A DNA stretch of 64,000 nucleotides from Candidatus Woesearchaeota archaeon (GCA_964617015.1 CAZTVG010000002.1:13077-77076), one strand, 5' to 3'. Positions 18,238 through 27,757 are shown, numbered from the stretch's first letter. The notes: a model not told the origin generated them from the letters alone. A program made the numbers and translations.

Positions 18238-18403
18238 TTTTTCACCTCCTTTGATAATTTATCAAAGAAAATATTATTTAAATAAGTTTTGATTGCATCA
18301 AAACTCATGGGTTTTTTAATTGTGGTCTTAAAATAGGGAATCTTATGGAGGGTTATACTTAAATTGAAATTTTATTAATAGTTAATCAATAAAGGGTGGT
18401 GGA

Positions 18404-20092
18404 CTACATTTCTTCCATGACATCTATTCCAAGCAGCCTTAAGGAATTTTTCAGAACCTGCCTGAATGCCTGCACAAGAGTTAATCTGAAAGCTTCCTGT
18501 TCTGAACCAATGACTCTGCAATTATGGTAAAACTCATTAAAGATCTGTGCAAGCTGGTAAGAATAATTTGCGATTACCGAAGGGTTTAAACCATTCAAAG
18601 CGCTTGAAACAACGTCCGGGAACTGTGAAAGTTTTTTTACAAGTTCAACTTCCTTGTCCTCGATATCATAAACTTTGAATTTTTTCTGGCTAGCTGCCTT
18701 TTTCAGGATAGAGCTGGCCCTGGCATAACTGTAGAGAATGTAGGGCCCTGTGTCTCCTTCAAAGGAAACGAATTTTTTGATATTAAAAACAATGTTGTTT
18801 GACCTGCTATTTTTCAGGTCTCCGTAAAAAATTGCTGCAATCGCTATTTTAAGCGCTCTTTTTTCAAGCTCCTTCTTAAAGATTTTTTTGGTTCTTTTTT
18901 TTATTTCCCTCTTTGCAAAAGAGATTGTTTCATTCAGGATGTCTTCCATGAAAACTGTTTTTCCTTTCCGTGCTGCAAATTTTTTTCCGCTTTTGTCAAG
19001 ATAAAGCCCGTGGTCAACATGTATGCAGTTTTTTGCCCACTTATAACCCATCAGTTCCAGAATCTTAAACAACTGCCTGAAATAAAGTTTCTGCTCCTGG
19101 CCAACTTCATAAATCATTTTTTCAAATTTGTATTTTTTATACCTGTCAATTGCAGTAGCAATATCCCTTGTCATGTAAAGTGTTGTCCCATCGCTTTTTT
19201 CTATCAAAGCGTCTCCTAATTTGTAGTTGTTTAAGTCAATTATGTAGGCTCCCTTACTTTTCTTCATGAATTTTTTTTGTTTTAATTCTTCCAAAACTTT
19301 TTTCGCTTTTTTGTTATAATCTGATTCTCCCTCATAAACGTCAAATTTTATTCCGAGCGTTTTGTAAGTTTTTTTAAATTCTTCAATGCTGAAACCTCTA
19401 AAAAGTTTCCATAACATAAGGGCTTTTCTGTTTCTTTCCTCAAGCTTTTTGAACCACTCTCTCCCATTTTTCTCATATTTTTTTTTATTTGCTTTTACGT
19501 AAACTTTCAGGAGATGCTTCACAGGATTTTTTTCCAGTTGATTTTCATTCCCGAATTTTTCATAGCCAAAAAGAAGCTTTCCAAATTGGGTTCCCCAGTC
19601 CCCAAGATAATTGAATTTTATTACTTTAAATCCCTGGAACTCGAAAATGTTTGCAAGAGAATTCCCTATTATTGTTGATCTAAGCTGACCTATTCCGAAA
19701 GGTTTTGCGATGTTTGGCGAGGAAAATTCCACAATAATTTTTTTTCTCCTGCCAAAGTCTGTTTTTCCAAAATCCTTTTTTTTAGTTAATATATCCCAGA
19801 CTGTCTGCCTTGCAAGGCTTTTCCTGTTCAGGAAGAAATTAATGTAAGGACCGCGGGTTTGAACATCTTCAAATTCCATCACTGGGGGATTTCCAATTTT
19901 TTCCCTTAATTCAATGGCAATCTCACGAGGTTCGTCTTTAAGTTTTTCTGAAAGAGAAAAACAAGGGAAGGCGTAATCGCCCATTCCGGGATAAGGAGGT
20001 ATCTCAATAAGTTTTTCTATCTCTGCATATTTGAATTTAAGTCCTTTTTCTTCAAGAGCTTTCTTTAATAATCTTATCACCGCTTTTTTCAT
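18404..20092 (-). CDS. argS: Arginyl-tRNA synthetase
   Basis: FSSPNIAKPFGIGQLRSTIIGNSLANIF is the ArgRS HIGH-region variant. A DALR-type anticodon-binding C-terminus ends in ...GIDVMEEM. 562 aa. Confidence 0.9.
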   Translation of the reverse strand: MKKAVIRLLKKALEEKGLKFKYAEIEKLIEIPPYPGMGDYAFPCFSLSEKLKDEPREIAIELREKIGNPPVMEFEDVQTRGPYINFFLNRKSLARQTVWDILTKKKDFGKTDFGRRKKIIVEFSSPNIAKPFGIGQLRSTIIGNSLANIFEFQGFKVIKFNYLGDWGTQFGKLLFGYEKFGNENQLEKNPVKHLLKVYVKANKKKYEKNGREWFKKLEERNRKALMLWKLFRGFSIEEFKKTYKTLGIKFDVYEGESDYNKKAKKVLEELKQKKFMKKSKGAYIIDLNNYKLGDALIEKSDGTTLYMTRDIATAIDRYKKYKFEKMIYEVGQEQKLYFRQLFKILELMGYKWAKNCIHVDHGLYLDKSGKKFAARKGKTVFMEDILNETISFAKREIKKRTKKIFKKELEKRALKIAIAAIFYGDLKNSRSNNIVFNIKKFVSFEGDTGPYILYSYARASSILKKAASQKKFKVYDIEDKEVELVKKLSQFPDVVSSALNGLNPSVIANYSYQLAQIFNEFYHNCRVIGSEQEAFRLTLVQAFRQVLKNSLRLLGIDVMEEM

Positions 20093-20260
20093 GATTGATA
20101 AAATAAACTTTAATTAATAAAGGTTGCTCTAAAATTAATTTTATGATTTTTCTGCTATCTTATTATTAACAATTCATTGAGGGCGGCGGTCGGGGTCAGG
20201 GTGGATGTGGGATAAAATAAAACAGAAGTTTTTTAAGTGAAACCCGCTCTTTTTTTGTAG

Positions 20261-20344
20261 GCGGGGGTTCCGGAGCGGTCAAACGGGCAACCCTTAAGAG
20301 GTTGTGGCTTAGTGCCTGCGCAGGTTCGAATCCTGTCCTCCGCA
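20261..20344 (+). tRNA. tRNA-Leu (anticodon TAA)
   Basis: Acceptor GCGGGGG/CCTCCGC (one G:U pair), anticodon arm CAACC-CTTAAGA-GGTTG, long variable arm, T loop TTCGAAT, discriminator A. No CCA is encoded. Confidence 0.88.
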
Positions 20345-20386
20345 TATGAGGGGCATTAAGATTTCCCTTTCATCGTTCAAATAGAA

Positions 20387-21124
20387 TTAAGGTTTAGCAA
20401 CTTTATCCCATAAGTACTTGTGATATTCCTTGTAATTTTCTGCAATTTCCTTGTTTTCAATAACAAAAGCAAAGAACTCCTTCGCAAAAGAAAAATTTAC
20501 TACTTTGTTTCCATATATACAAATAACTATAGGATTCACGCTAAACTCTTTAGGTAAAAATTTTATGAGTTCAAGTTTAAAGGGGTGGACTTTTTCCCTC
20601 AATTCATATCTTATAAGATTAAACATTTTAATTTTTAATTTTACCCTCTTTCTATTCCAATTAGGAAAAAAATATGGAAATTTTTTTGGAACATATCTAC
20701 CAGAACCAATCCACAAAATTTCATTGTAATTGAGCATATCTTCCCATACTGCTTTTATCCCTTCCACACTGTTATAAGTTTCGGTATTTATGTTTTGTCT
20801 GACTAGATTATATTTTTTAAGAATTTCCGGCATTTCTTTTTCTGCTTCTTTTTTTGTCTTATCTAACTTAATTTTTTTCTCTTCCAAATAGCCAATAATC
20901 TTTTTTGGGTGGCTAACTTGAAATGACTTTCTTTTGTTGTCTATAGAATAGGCGATTAATCCCTTACCAATAAGCTTATTTAAAATATCATATATATTTC
21001 TCCTATCAATTCCTATTTTTTCATGGATTTTATTTACTGGAGACTTCCCTAAATCTAATAGTTTAGTATAAACTAAAATTTCTCCTTTTGAGAGTCCCAT
21101 ATTCTTAAGCATATTTGCAATCAT
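20387..21124 (-). CDS. TrmB-like wHTH transcriptional regulator
   Basis: N-terminal LSKGEILVYTKLLDLGKSPVNKIHEKIGIDRRNIYDILNKLIGKGLIAY is a TrmB-type wHTH. The C-terminal domain is uncharacterised. Confidence 0.7.
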   Translation of the reverse strand: MIANMLKNMGLSKGEILVYTKLLDLGKSPVNKIHEKIGIDRRNIYDILNKLIGKGLIAYSIDNKRKSFQVSHPKKIIGYLEEKKIKLDKTKKEAEKEMPEILKKYNLVRQNINTETYNSVEGIKAVWEDMLNYNEILWIGSGRYVPKKFPYFFPNWNRKRVKLKIKMFNLIRYELREKVHPFKLELIKFLPKEFSVNPIVICIYGNKVVNFSFAKEFFAFVIENKEIAENYKEYHKYLWDKVAKP

Positions 21125-21213
21125 ATAGGTAAAAATCTTTTATTGCTTTATAAGTTTAGTGGTGTTATAATACCACCACATGGATTTAAAAGTTGGTATA
21201 TGTCTCGCAAGTA

Positions 21214-21963
21214 ATGAAATATTTAAAGAACAAAATAGTTTTATTATGCGCAGCCGCATCTTTATTATTTGTCAATCCAAGTTATGCAGATGATATATTC
21301 AAAGGCGTGAAGGGACCCACAAATTGGCAAATTGATGAAAGAGTTGGTTATTCCAAGAATGAAAGAGCTAGAACTTTAACCAATAGAGTTATTTTAAAAT
21401 ATTGGGACGGTGATGGTTTCGGAAAGTGGGGTTTTGTTAGTGTTCCTTACAAATCCACTAGTTCGCAAAACGTTTCCAGAAAAGGATTAGGAGATATTAT
21501 TTTGGGTGGAGGACCAAGAGGAAGAACTAATAATCTAAATTGGTTTTTGTATGGAGCTCTATCGCTCCCAACAGGAGATTCTGAAGGTAAAATTTCACTA
21601 GGCAAAGGACGTAACGACAAAAAAGTTGGAGGACTTGTAACATACTTGACTTCTGATAAAAAGTTTGAGATTGATGGTTCTTTGGAATATAATTTTACAG
21701 GAAAAGATAGGGAAGGTCATAATCCTCCAGATGAATTATCGGCAGGTATTGTGGCAGGAGGGAGAACTACAAAAAAAACAAGGTTTGTGACAGGGTTAAG
21801 GAATATATCTAGAGATGGAGATTATTTATTAACCTCAATATCTGTATTTAGATATACTTTTTCTCCAGCGATCCACACAGAGTTTGTTGTAGACATTGGT
21901 CTTAAATCCAAAAATATACCTAAAAAAAATTCATTAAGTGTATATTTAAGATATAATTTTTAA
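21214..21963 (+). CDS. Secreted protein resembling bacterial outer-membrane beta-barrel transporters (MetA-pathway/phenol-degradation-like family)
   Basis: Signal peptide MKYLKNKIVLLCAAASLLFVNPSYA. Alternating amphipathic strands. GLGDIILGG and SLPTGDSEGKISLGKG motifs. The C-terminus ...LSVYLRYNF ends in Phe, as in OMP sorting signals. The start is set at the ATG at 21214. Confidence 0.5.
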   Translation: MKYLKNKIVLLCAAASLLFVNPSYADDIFKGVKGPTNWQIDERVGYSKNERARTLTNRVILKYWDGDGFGKWGFVSVPYKSTSSQNVSRKGLGDIILGGGPRGRTNNLNWFLYGALSLPTGDSEGKISLGKGRNDKKVGGLVTYLTSDKKFEIDGSLEYNFTGKDREGHNPPDELSAGIVAGGRTTKKTRFVTGLRNISRDGDYLLTSISVFRYTFSPAIHTEFVVDIGLKSKNIPKKNSLSVYLRYNF

Positions 21964-22003
21964 ATGCAGTTAATATAATAAATCTCTTTGCATTGAAATA
22001 TTG

Positions 22004-22789
22004 ATGGATCCCAAGAAAAAAAACATCATTATTCTTGTTTCCTTGATAATAGCATTACTTGCCATAAATTATCCTTTTCTTGATAAAGCGCTTCAGAAGT
22101 TCCTGACTAATTATGAATCTGTTGAAGTAGAAAGGGTTATTGATGGAGATACTATAAAATCTCAGAATCAAAGCATAAGGCTTTTGGGAATTAATTCTCC
22201 TGAAAAAGGAGAGCTCTATTATACTGAGGCAAAAGAATTTTTGGAAAATGAAATTCTTAATAAAACTGTTAATTTAGAATATGGTAAGGAACGTTATGAT
22301 AAGTATCAAAGAGTATTAGCCTATATTTTTTTGGATAACACTAATATAAATCTCAAGCTTGTAGAAAAAGGATTTGCTAATTTTTACTTTCCTTCTGGGA
22401 AAGATAATTATTATAATAAATTTAAGGATGCCTGGGAAGAATGTATTAATAATAACCTAAACCTGTGCGAGAATTCTGTTAATAATTGTTCCCAATGTAT
22501 AGAATTAAGAGAGTTAAGTGTTAATAATCAACGAGTCATCTTATATAATAATTGCAGTTTCTCCTGCGATTTGACAAACTGGGAAATCAAGGATGAAGGC
22601 AGGAAAAAGTTTGTTTTTGAGGATTTTGTGTTAAATTCTGGTGATGAAATCGAGATTGTCATTGGAGAAGGAATTAACAGTAATAATAGATTGTATTGGC
22701 CTGGCGAGGAATATGTCTGGACAGGAACAGGAGATGCTTTGTTCCTGAGGGATGAAGATGGAAAATTGGTTTTATGGGAGAGTTATTAG
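22004..22789 (+). CDS. Membrane-anchored or secreted thermonuclease (SNase-like) with a C-terminal lamin-tail-like domain
   Basis: N-terminal TM IIILVSLIIALLAINYPF. The SNase core is VIDGDTIKS..IRLLGINSPEKGE...RYDKYQRVLAYIF. The C-terminal LTNWEIKDEGRKKFVFEDFVLNSGDEIEIV is LTD-like. Confidence 0.75.
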   Translation: MDPKKKNIIILVSLIIALLAINYPFLDKALQKFLTNYESVEVERVIDGDTIKSQNQSIRLLGINSPEKGELYYTEAKEFLENEILNKTVNLEYGKERYDKYQRVLAYIFLDNTNINLKLVEKGFANFYFPSGKDNYYNKFKDAWEECINNNLNLCENSVNNCSQCIELRELSVNNQRVILYNNCSFSCDLTNWEIKDEGRKKFVFEDFVLNSGDEIEIVIGEGINSNNRLYWPGEEYVWTGTGDALFLRDEDGKLVLWESY

Positions 22790-22793
22790 CAAT

Positions 22794-23021
22794 TTATTTC
22801 TTTATTATGACTGTTGCTCTTTTTCCTGAATATTCTTTGGGAAGTATTATATGGGAGGCATTTCCAAATGGTTTTACCCCGACATCTTTTATTGCTTCAG
22901 GAATCAGTTTTTTCATGGTATCGTAGGCATTTTTTACGTCTTCCTGTAGTTTTCCCAGATTAACCCTCAGTTCCTTGGAGTTTAGTACAACTCTCTTAAC
23001 TTTTTTCTTTGGTTTAGCCAT
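22794..23021 (-). CDS. DUF2080-like small protein (AbrB/SpoVT-like C-terminal motif)
   Basis: 75 aa. VKPFGNASHIILPKEYSGKRATVIIKK resembles the K-P-x-G-N-S...P..W.GK.V.V pattern of the so-called putative transposon-encoded protein family (from memory). Confidence 0.35.
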   Translation of the reverse strand: MAKPKKKVKRVVLNSKELRVNLGKLQEDVKNAYDTMKKLIPEAIKDVGVKPFGNASHIILPKEYSGKRATVIIKK

Positions 23022-23076
23022 ATATACAAAAGTATATACGCTTTTTTAAATGTTTCGTGCATAAAAATTTGGGGAG

Positions 23077-23289
23077 TTATTGAATCTTCTCTTCAATAAT
23101 CTGGGAGATTGGTTTGCCTGTTTTTTCCTTTAGTTTCCTGAGTTTGTTGATAGTTTCAACTGATAGGGTTACATCTATCCTTTTTCTTTGAAAAGGAAGT
23201 TCTCTTGTTTTATCATAATTTTCGAGCATTTCAAAGGTCTTCCTGTGTTTCTTCAAAATTCTGTCTATTGTTTTTTTTGTAAGTTTCAT
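23077..23289 (-). CDS. Ribbon-helix-helix (CopG-like) DNA-binding protein
   Basis: 70 aa. RKRIDVTLSVETINKLRKLKEKTGKPISQIIEEKI fits the RHH strand-helix-helix pattern. Confidence 0.55.
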   Translation of the reverse strand: MKLTKKTIDRILKKHRKTFEMLENYDKTRELPFQRKRIDVTLSVETINKLRKLKEKTGKPISQIIEEKIQ

Positions 23290-23296
23290 TTTGTTT

Positions 23297-23530
23297 TCAG
23301 ATTTTTTTCCTCAATTTATCATATTCTTCCTTACTTAAATTAATTTGTTTTAATATGTGTCTTAATAGTCCTTTTCCTAAATCTTCGTTTCCATGGACGG
23401 GAACAACCGTTCTTCTTCCGTCTTTATGTTTAAACCTCATGTGGCTTCCCTTGCCATAAATTTTTTCAAATCCTAATTTCTCAAGAATTTTGCAGAGCTT
23501 TTTTCCTGAAATAGGAACAAGCTTAACCAT
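23297..23530 (-). CDS. hicA: HicA-family toxin (second copy)
   Basis: KILEKLGFEKIYGKGSHMRFKHKDGRRTVVPVHG. It is paired with an upstream HicB gene across a 1-nt gap. Confidence 0.85.
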   Translation of the reverse strand: MVKLVPISGKKLCKILEKLGFEKIYGKGSHMRFKHKDGRRTVVPVHGNEDLGKGLLRHILKQINLSKEEYDKLRKKI

Positions 23531-23531
23531 T

Positions 23532-23789
23532 TTAAATTACAGTTGGTTTTTTAACGCTAACTTTTTGGATTCCTATAAAAGTCATTGGTTTAATATCTTC
23601 TTTGTCCTCTTCAAGACAAACCTCAATAGCTTCCTTAATTCTTTCTAAAACTTCCTGTTGGTTTTTTCCCTGAGTATAACATCCTTCAAGCTCTGGAACG
23701 TTCGCTACATAAATTCCATCTTCGTCCTGTTCAATAACCACAGTAAAATCAAGAACATGTTTCTCCATAAAAATCATAGGCCTTTTCAC
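23532..23789 (-). CDS. hicB: HicB-like antitoxin (second copy)
   Basis: FTVVIEQDEDGIYVANVPELEGCYTQGKNQQEVLERIKEAIEVCLEE. Confidence 0.8.
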   Translation of the reverse strand: MKRPMIFMEKHVLDFTVVIEQDEDGIYVANVPELEGCYTQGKNQQEVLERIKEAIEVCLEEDKEDIKPMTFIGIQKVSVKKPTVI

Positions 23790-23934
23790 TTTAAAAAATT
23801 ATCGTATACAATTTCTCACCAATTTCTATACACATAAATAATGGTTGGATGTGCTTAAATGTTTCGCTGAATTAAGCTAAGTTATTAGATATTTAATAAA
23901 ATATATTTTTGAGATTGACAATTCTTAAATAAGC

Positions 23935-24405
23935 TTGACCATGTTATTTTTTATGATAGTAATATATTTTGCAGGATCTATCTCAGGGGGACGGGATAAT
24001 GTCGAGCTTTATGGACAGATAATTGAGCATCTGAAAAAATACGGAAAAGTTCTTACAGAGCATATTGGAGACAAAAAACTTTCAGCATTAGGCGAAACAA
24101 ATCTGAGTGATTCTGAAATTTATGAGAGAGATACTGACTGGCTATACATGGCAAACGTTGTTGTTGCAGAAGTTACAACACCCAGTCTTGGCGTTGGTTT
24201 TGAAATAGGAAGAGCTCATGAAAGGAATAAATGGTTGGCAAAAACCTTCGGAGCTTATGGGAAAAAAATTCTCTGTTTGTATAGACCTTCTGATGGAAAA
24301 AGACTTTCTGCAATGATAGCAGGCTGTGAAGACTTAACTTTAAGAGAATACGCTAAGATAGAAGAAGCCAGAAAACACATAGATGATTTTTTTATTAAAA
24401 GATAA
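23935..24405 (+). CDS. 2'-deoxynucleoside 5'-phosphate N-hydrolase (DNPH1/Rcl-like, nucleoside 2-deoxyribosyltransferase superfamily)
   Basis: IYFAGSISGGRDNVELYGQIIEHLKKYGKVLTEHIG...IYERDTDWLYMANVVVAEVTTPSLGVGFEIGRA is colinear with Rcl/DNPH1 (YFCGSIRGGR...VLTEHV...DL.WL..ADVVVAEVT.PSLGVGYELGRA). The true start is probably an internal ATG (23941 or 23956). Confidence 0.75.
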   Translation: MTMLFFMIVIYFAGSISGGRDNVELYGQIIEHLKKYGKVLTEHIGDKKLSALGETNLSDSEIYERDTDWLYMANVVVAEVTTPSLGVGFEIGRAHERNKWLAKTFGAYGKKILCLYRPSDGKRLSAMIAGCEDLTLREYAKIEEARKHIDDFFIKR

Positions 24406-24543
24406 TTTAAAGAAAAATTTAAATTTAAAAAAAAGATTCCTATTTCTAATTGAAGTTATTAAATTCATTGATTTTAAGTAATAACAGAAAATATCCCTTA
24501 GAGAGTAATAATCTTTAAATAGCTGGATTTTTTCAATACTTTA

Positions 24544-27330
24544 ATGGAAAATAATCACACTAATTCTTCCAAGTATATATTAGGTGCATTTTTTGTATTA
24601 TCTGTTTTCTTGTTTTCTGTTGTGGGTGCTGTTACTGTTCTCCCAATGGAAGGATTGGCAAAAGATGATAATACAAATTTTGGCTCAAGTACTAATGAAG
24701 CATTAGGTATTGATGTAAATTTAAATTTAGATGAATTATTTGCAGGAGATGGACTTCAATATGAATACACTGTTTTAGATGGAGGTTCATTTAATGGAGC
24801 GGCATCAGCAATTGCAGTAATAGACCTATTTGATGGAAGACATATTGTATTATTCCCAGGCTGGGGTGATAGAACAGGAACACACACTTTAGAATTTAGT
24901 GATACTTTAAGTGTAGCAACATCTGATAGTGGAGATAAGGTAGTAGATTTTGTTATTTATGATAGTAGTTGGATTTCTTCCTGGAGTAGCAATAATGAGT
25001 ATGGTAATTGGAATTTCCTTAAAGCATCTGGTAGTAGTACTGGAGGAGTTCTTCCTTTAATAGGAGATGAGGTTGTTACAAGAGTAGCAATCCAACATCA
25101 GGCTGCAAATACAGGACAAGAAGACCAAATAGAATCTATGTTGGTTAATGGAGAAACTTATTTACCAGATGTAGAAGGACCAACATTAAGCAATACCTTT
25201 TTAGAACCCCTTTATCCTACAACATCTGACCTAGTTACAATAAAAGCTAGTTTTAATGATAAAAGTGGTGTTGATAAAGCGGAAGTCAAATGGAGCTTTT
25301 TTACTGTAGGAGATAATCTTGAATATCATACTCCTGGATATATTGAAATGATAGAATCTGAAGGGATTTTTAGTTCCCCTGCCCCCATTCCTTCTCCTAT
25401 AACAGAAGGAGGTTTTGGAGAAGGTTATGTTGAATACAGTTTAAGACCTTATGATCTTTTTGGAAATCATGAAAGTACTGGTGTGACTGAAAATCCCTTT
25501 TATTTTACATATGATGACACAGCGCCCCAAACTTCAATAAATATTTTAGAAAATGAATTCATAACTTCTGAAACAGAAATCATTTTAACTGCACTTGACC
25601 CAGATTTAGATGGCGCTGGAAATTATGTTCCTTCAGAGGTTAATTTTACTACATATCAAGTAGATAGTAATCCTGCTGTAAATTATACTGTTCCTTTCTT
25701 TATTATAGGAGATGATGGAACTCACATAGTAAAATTCTTCTCAGTAGATAATGCTGGAAATGTTGAATCAGAAAAAACCATAACTGTTAATTTAGATAAT
25801 ACTGCTCCTATTACAACCGACGATTACCAATTTGATAATGTTTGGGTAAAAACCGACCAAACAATTACCCTAACTCCAAGTGACGATGGTTCTGACTTAG
25901 CTTGGACAAGATTCTGCTTAATATTAGGGTGTGATCCTGAAGGTGGGACAGATTACTTAGAGCCTGTGACAATTTCAACAGAAGGGATAATACACTTTAG
26001 ATATGCTTCAGCAGATAATGTTGGAAATGTGGAAACAACGCATGAGAAAATTGTCAAAATAGATAAAACAAATCCTGTTACAACAATTAATTCGCCTGCT
26101 TCAGGCTCCTGGCAAAATACTGATTTCCAATTTGATGTAACTGATACTGACACAGGAGGGTCTGAGTTATCTTTATGTGAATATCAAGTTAAAGTAGGTT
26201 CAAACCTTATTATAAGTAAAGATTGGACAGTAAGAAATTGTTCAATGCCAATTACAATAACTGTAGGACTTTCCGGAGATTGTAATCTTGAAGGTGAAGA
26301 TATGTGTCAAATTAATGTTAGAGCTCATGATGATGCTGGAAATAGGGGATTTACAAAATTTAGAAAATTCAGTATTGATTTTACAAACCCAACAATAATA
26401 GATGATTATGCTCATGATGGTGTTTGGGTTAATTCACCACAAATAGTTACTTTAACTCCACTTGATACAGATGGTTCTGGAATTGCTTCTGTATTTACTT
26501 GTGAAGAAGCTGAATGTGTTCCTGATACAATATTGGTAACCTCTTTTGCATTATCATTCATTGAATCCCAAGATACAATTGTAAGATATCAGGCATTTGA
26601 TGTCGCAGGAAATCCTTCAGTAATTGGAGAATTTAATGTTAAAATTGATTTAGAAAACCCTTCAGTAAACATAACCTCACCAAATTCAACAGACAGAATG
26701 GACTTCTTTATTGTAAAGGCAGATGTAAGTGATACAGGAGGAAGTGAATTAGAAAATGTTACATTGACACTAAAAGATTCATCAGGAAATATAATTGTAG
26801 GATTAGATAATGTTCAAATGGTTCAAATTTCAGGAACAGATAAATTTGAATTTTTAGTTAGAATGTGGGAGCTTGAAGCTGGAACTTATACTTTTGAAGT
26901 AACTGCAACAGATAACACAGGAAACGTTAATTTAACTACACAAGAATTCACTATAATTGAAAATGTAGCGCCTTCAAGAATCACTTCAACAAATAATCAA
27001 GTATCTACAGAAACAGGTGGAACAGTAAGTTTTGATTTTGATGTGGTGGTTAGGAATGGTGGAAGCATTAAGTTTGGCATGGATGATGTTATAAGAATTG
27101 GTGATACTACAGGTTTTACACCTTTATCATTAAATGCAACAGTATCTAACGGAACAGTTAATGCAACTGTTGGAAGTGGAATTGAGTTTGTTGGAGCAGA
27201 AATTTTAGAACTTGAAGATTTAGACACAGAAACACCAAATGTTCAGGGAACTTTCACATTATATTTAGATTTCCCTCCAAATGTGGTTCCTGGAAATTAT
27301 CCAATAAATTACTTCATTGATGTTGCATAA
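24544..27330 (+). CDS. Large extracellular protein with repeated Ig-like modules (adhesin-like)
   Basis: N-terminal signal/anchor YILGAFFVLSVFLFSVVGAVTVLP. At least five modules begin with D-x-T-x-P-x-T/S (YDDTAPQTS, LDNTAPITT, IDKTNPVTT, IDFTNPTII, IDLENPSVN), each followed by W..xx..VTLTP/D.SG-type strands. 928 aa. Confidence 0.7.
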   Translation: MENNHTNSSKYILGAFFVLSVFLFSVVGAVTVLPMEGLAKDDNTNFGSSTNEALGIDVNLNLDELFAGDGLQYEYTVLDGGSFNGAASAIAVIDLFDGRHIVLFPGWGDRTGTHTLEFSDTLSVATSDSGDKVVDFVIYDSSWISSWSSNNEYGNWNFLKASGSSTGGVLPLIGDEVVTRVAIQHQAANTGQEDQIESMLVNGETYLPDVEGPTLSNTFLEPLYPTTSDLVTIKASFNDKSGVDKAEVKWSFFTVGDNLEYHTPGYIEMIESEGIFSSPAPIPSPITEGGFGEGYVEYSLRPYDLFGNHESTGVTENPFYFTYDDTAPQTSINILENEFITSETEIILTALDPDLDGAGNYVPSEVNFTTYQVDSNPAVNYTVPFFIIGDDGTHIVKFFSVDNAGNVESEKTITVNLDNTAPITTDDYQFDNVWVKTDQTITLTPSDDGSDLAWTRFCLILGCDPEGGTDYLEPVTISTEGIIHFRYASADNVGNVETTHEKIVKIDKTNPVTTINSPASGSWQNTDFQFDVTDTDTGGSELSLCEYQVKVGSNLIISKDWTVRNCSMPITITVGLSGDCNLEGEDMCQINVRAHDDAGNRGFTKFRKFSIDFTNPTIIDDYAHDGVWVNSPQIVTLTPLDTDGSGIASVFTCEEAECVPDTILVTSFALSFIESQDTIVRYQAFDVAGNPSVIGEFNVKIDLENPSVNITSPNSTDRMDFFIVKADVSDTGGSELENVTLTLKDSSGNIIVGLDNVQMVQISGTDKFEFLVRMWELEAGTYTFEVTATDNTGNVNLTTQEFTIIENVAPSRITSTNNQVSTETGGTVSFDFDVVVRNGGSIKFGMDDVIRIGDTTGFTPLSLNATVSNGTVNATVGSGIEFVGAEILELEDLDTETPNVQGTFTLYLDFPPNVVPGNYPINYFIDVA

Positions 27331-27331
27331 A

Positions 27332-27757
27332 ATGAAAAATTACTTTTTGTTTGCATTAATTTTAATAATATCTATTTACAGTGTAAATGCTCTTTATCAA
27401 GGAACTTTAGATGTAGGTGTTGGAGAATCTCCTAGTGTTGAAGTCGGTGAACCTCCTGCTGTTATAGTTACAGATGGTGGCGGAGGTAACGGTGGAGGAG
27501 GTGGCTCTGGTGGTAGAGGCACATCTGAACCATTTGTAGAAATTTTTAATCAAACATTAGGAATCAATGAAGAAGGTGAAATAGTGGAAAGCCAAACAAG
27601 TACTAACATAGAACAAGAACAAACAAGCCAGGGGATATTTTCTCCCATCACAGGAGCTATAATCGGCTTTGCAAAAAAACCAATGACATTATTTTCAATG
27701 ATTTTTTTAGTTTTAATAATTGTTCTGGCATTAATAATTCTAAAAAGAAATAAATAG
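27332..27757 (+). CDS. Secreted Gly-rich protein with a C-terminal TM anchor (hypothetical)
   Basis: Signal MKNYFLFALILIISIYSVNA, the tract GGGGNGGGGGSGGRG, and a C-terminal TM LFSMIFLVLIIVLALIIL plus KRNK. The start is set just after the stop of the upstream gene. Confidence 0.55.
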   Translation: MKNYFLFALILIISIYSVNALYQGTLDVGVGESPSVEVGEPPAVIVTDGGGGNGGGGGSGGRGTSEPFVEIFNQTLGINEEGEIVESQTSTNIEQEQTSQGIFSPITGAIIGFAKKPMTLFSMIFLVLIIVLALIILKRNK

